Sequence record: DRR378314_1931
Length of the DNA: 64,000 bases
Direction: 5' to 3' (one strand)
The notes below the pieces were generated by a model. It was not told the DNA's origin. It did no database searches and saw only the letters and a list, made by a program, of their open reading frames with translations. Both the position numbers and the translations under genes were made by a program. Shown in pieces: positions 61,149 to 64,000 of the stretch; position 1 is the stretch's first letter, and every line of letters begins with the position of its first letter.

Positions 61149-61610
61149 TCAAGATGTTTTTGATGACTCTTTTTCTTGATCTTGCTCGTAACTACTTGAA
61201 AAGAGCCCGCTGGAGCCCTCTGTGTAATCGCGGGGAATATCATTGGCGCTATAGCTGTCACGGCCTGAACGGTGATCTTTATTTAATGAATTGGCCACTC
61301 GCAGTTGCTTAATTGTGTCTTCTGCGAAAAAAGGCAGGTCACTTTGTACATCGCTTTTCTCAAGCAGCTCAGCACTTTGGTTTAAGTAGCTTTGTAAACG
61401 TTGCTGGGTATCTGCCAGTTGTTCGACCATAGCGTTTGCGGTGGCGAAGTGTTCGGCAACTTCTCTTTGGTAGTCGGTTAAACGCTGCTGACTTTGCTGT
61501 ACTTGCTCTTCGAGATCGCCTGACTGGCCTTTCGACTGGCTGTAACGAGCCGCAAAAAAGCCAATGATAGCACCAGCAACGACCAACAGAACCCCAATAA
61601 TCCAACTCAT
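61149..61610 (-). CDS. zapG: YhcB/ZapG (DUF1043) membrane protein
   Basis: N-terminal TM segment, coiled coil, YQREVAEHF, PRDY; start MSWII with an AGGAG RBS. Confidence 0.9.
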   Translation of the reverse strand: MSWIIGVLLVVAGAIIGFFAARYSQSKGQSGDLEEQVQQSQQRLTDYQREVAEHFATANAMVEQLADTQQRLQSYLNQSAELLEKSDVQSDLPFFAEDTIKQLRVANSLNKDHRSGRDSYSANDIPRDYTEGSSGLFSSSYEQDQEKESSKTS

Positions 61611-61708
61611 AATTAACTCCTGAACAAGCTGTCGCAGCGGCGAATGATTGCTGCGCTTCACCTTCATGGTAACATATTAACTTATAGGATAATCCCAACT
61701 GAGGTGAA

Positions 61709-62824
61709 GTGGTAGTGTCCAAACAGCAAATGTCTCCACTAGAACGTTATCAGTATGATATAGAGCACAATGATTTCTCGAAAGATGCTGCGCAGCTAAA
61801 CGCTGTTAAACATTTGCAAAGACTGCATGATGAGTTTATTGAGTGGCATCAATATCAGACTCTGCCAGGCTGGCAAAAGTGGTTTAACAAAGAGCCGGAA
61901 CAGCCTCAGGGCATCTACTTTTGGGGTGGTGTCGGCCGTGGGAAAACCTATCTGGTTGATACCTTCTTTGAAAGTCTGCCAATTGAGCGTAAATGGCGAA
62001 TCCACTTTCACCGATTCATGCACCGGGTTCATAATGAACTTAAACAACTGGATAAGCAGAGCGATCCGTTACGCATTGTGGCTGATAACATTGCCGCCGA
62101 AGCACGAATTGTCTGCTTTGACGAGTTTTTTGTGCAGGATATTACCGATGCCATGTTACTGGGTAGGCTGTTTGAGTACTTGTTTGAGAAAGGGGTGGTG
62201 CTGGTAGCGACTTCAAACATCGTTCCTGACGAACTCTATAAAAACGGACTGCAACGCGCACGTTTCATTCCTGCTATTAAACTCATCAATCAGCACTGCG
62301 AAGTGGTTAATGTGGATAGCGGCATTGATTATCGTCTTCGAACGCTTACCCGGGCGGAAATTTTTCATTCGCCACTGGATGAAAAAGCCGATAAGAATTT
62401 ATGGAAATACTTCAAAGAGCTAGCGCCTGAATGTAAAGAGCGTTACGAATCAGACTGTATTGAAATTGAAGGACGGGATATTGACGTTCGGGCAGAGTGT
62501 GACGATGTGGTATTTTTTGATTTTACCTCCATTTGTAAGACAGCCCGTAGCCAAAATGACTACATGGAAATAGCCAGACTTTACCATGCGGTATTGATTA
62601 GTAATGTTGAGCAAATGGGCGCAGGGAAAGATGATACGGCTCGCCGCTTTATAGCGTTAGTTGATGAATTTTATGAGCGTCGGGTGAAACTGATTTTGTC
62701 AGCAGATGTGAGTATTGAAGCTCTCTATACGGAAGGCCAGTTAACTTTCGAGTTTCGCCGTTGTGTCAGCCGACTGCAGGAAATGCAAAGTCAGGAATAT
62801 CTGGCAATGGCTCATAAAGCATAA
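61709..62824 (+). CDS. zapE: AFG1-family ATPase ZapE (start may be ATG 61730)
   Basis: WGGVGRGKT, HFHRFM, CFDEF, ATSN, ARRFIALVDEFY, SRLQEMQ. Confidence 0.96.
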   Translation: MVVSKQQMSPLERYQYDIEHNDFSKDAAQLNAVKHLQRLHDEFIEWHQYQTLPGWQKWFNKEPEQPQGIYFWGGVGRGKTYLVDTFFESLPIERKWRIHFHRFMHRVHNELKQLDKQSDPLRIVADNIAAEARIVCFDEFFVQDITDAMLLGRLFEYLFEKGVVLVATSNIVPDELYKNGLQRARFIPAIKLINQHCEVVNVDSGIDYRLRTLTRAEIFHSPLDEKADKNLWKYFKELAPECKERYESDCIEIEGRDIDVRAECDDVVFFDFTSICKTARSQNDYMEIARLYHAVLISNVEQMGAGKDDTARRFIALVDEFYERRVKLILSADVSIEALYTEGQLTFEFRRCVSRLQEMQSQEYLAMAHKA

Positions 62825-62838
62825 ATTTCAGAAAATGC

Positions 62839-63021
62839 GTGATCTTTAACCGAATTTTTCCTATAATCCGCGCAGCCCACGTTACAGTCCGTTGTGTTAC
62901 ATAACGTAATGCAGCGGTCGCAGCAGATAACTAAATGATTTCTATCATTTTTTTATTGTTGTGATTCGCGGGGAAGCCCGGAATTACTGTCCGTGAACTT
63001 TTAAAATGTAGGTTTTATACA
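62839..63021 (+). promoter_or_regulatory. rplM-rpsI promoter with GC-rich discriminator and long 5' leader
   Basis: GTGATC-N17-TATAAT(62862-67), then CCGCGCAGCC; leader of about 145 nt beginning near CCCACGTTACA. Confidence 0.65.
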
Positions 63022-63450
63022 ATGAAAACATTTGTAGCCAAGCCAGAAACGGTAAAACGCGACTGGTACGTAGTAGACGCTGAAGGCAAAACTTTAGGTC
63101 GTTTAGCTACTGAAATCGCTCGTCGTTTACGCGGCAAGCATAAGCCTGAGTACACTCCTCACGTTGATACCGGCGACTATATCGTCGTCATTAACGCTGA
63201 GAAAATTACTGTTACCGGTAATAAAGCTCAGGGCAAGATGTACTACTCGCACACTGGATTTCCGGGTGGTATCAAATCAATCAGTTTTGAAAAACTGATT
63301 GCTAAGAAACCAGAGATGGTCATTCAGAAAGCGGTGAAAGGTATGTTACCCCGTGGTCCATTGGGTCGTGCCATGTTCCGTAAACTGAAAGTGTACGCAG
63401 GTACTGAGCATAACCATATTGCTCAACAACCTAAACAACTGGATATATAA
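63022..63450 (+). CDS. rplM: 50S ribosomal protein L13
   Basis: [29 protein letters not shown]; 142 aa. Confidence 0.99.
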   Translation: MKTFVAKPETVKRDWYVVDAEGKTLGRLATEIARRLRGKHKPEYTPHVDTGDYIVVINAEKITVTGNKAQGKMYYSHTGFPGGIKSISFEKLIAKKPEMVIQKAVKGMLPRGPLGRAMFRKLKVYAGTEHNHIAQQPKQLDI

Positions 63451-63467
63451 TACGGAGCAAGAACACT

Positions 63468-63860
63468 ATGGCAGATAATCAATACTACGGTACTGGTCGT
63501 CGCAAAAACTCCACGGCTCGCGTATTTTTGCGTCCTGGTAGCGGCAACATCAAAATTAACAACCGTGAACTGAACGAATACTTCGGTCGTGAAACGGCTC
63601 AAATGGTTGTTCGTCAACCATTAGAATTAGTTGAAATGACTGAAAAGTTTGACATGTACATCACTGTAAGTGGTGGTGGTACTACCGGTCAGGCGGGTGC
63701 AATTCGTCACGGTATTACTCGTGCATTAATGCAATACGACGAAGCTTTACGTGGTCCATTACGTAAAGAAGGTTACGTTACCCGTGACGCTCGTCAAGTT
63801 GAACGTAAGAAAATCGGCTTGCATAAAGCACGTAAACGTCCACAGTTCTCAAAGCGTTAA
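63468..63860 (+). CDS. rpsI: 30S ribosomal protein S9
   Basis: [27 protein letters not shown]; 130 aa. Confidence 0.99.
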   Translation: MADNQYYGTGRRKNSTARVFLRPGSGNIKINNRELNEYFGRETAQMVVRQPLELVEMTEKFDMYITVSGGGTTGQAGAIRHGITRALMQYDEALRGPLRKEGYVTRDARQVERKKIGLHKARKRPQFSKR

Positions 63861-63881
63861 TTCGTCTTTGTTTTTTGTGGC

Positions 63882-63908
63882 AAAACCCAGCTTCGGCTGG
63901 GTTTTTTT
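63882..63908 (+). terminator. Intrinsic terminator of rplM-rpsI
   Basis: aaaaCCCAGC-TTCG-GCTGGGttttttt (cUUCGg tetraloop). Confidence 0.95.
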
Positions 63909-64000
63909 ATGTCAAAAATAAATGGAAATAGACCAATAAGGGCGGCTATTAAGCTTGTAAAAAGTGTGTCTTTTCATTATCATCTCAAAGCATTTTCTGT

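Overview
This is a core-genome window from a marine gammaproteobacterium. Gene order and protein sequences suggest Alteromonadales, Idiomarina-like; that assignment is inferred, not searched. In order it holds: an orphan periplasmic binding protein; glutaminase, thioesterase and uvrA; yajR-ssb; a slyA-HlyD-DUF2955-like efflux module; add, tdk and pyrC; and an MSHA type IVa pilus cluster (mshI1 I2 J K L M N E G F B A C D O P Q, no mshH/csrD). It continues with a secreted coiled-coil/PEGA/FGE-like protein; mreBCD-maf-rng-yhdP-nit-tldD; yjgA; pmbA; the kdsD-kdsC-lptCAB-rpoN-hpf-ptsN-rapZ-npr-mgtE operon; a TetR gene; mlaFEDCB-ibaG-murA; degS-degQ-zapG; zapE; and rplM-rpsI. I saw no CRISPR array, IS element, prophage, tRNA or rRNA. 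I cannot support a clearly new multi-gene system. The best leads are: (1) a one-base frameshift splitting mshJ; (2) a TetR gene with an operator-like palindrome at the Lpt/Mla junction where E. coli has yrbG; (3) an MshQ adhesin with ten alternating 18-19 aa beta-solenoid-like repeats; (4) a non-catalytic FGE/C-type-lectin-fold secreted protein between mshQ and mreB; (5) a perfect 19-bp inverted repeat made of two SlyA boxes; (6) an atypical DegS active-site motif.
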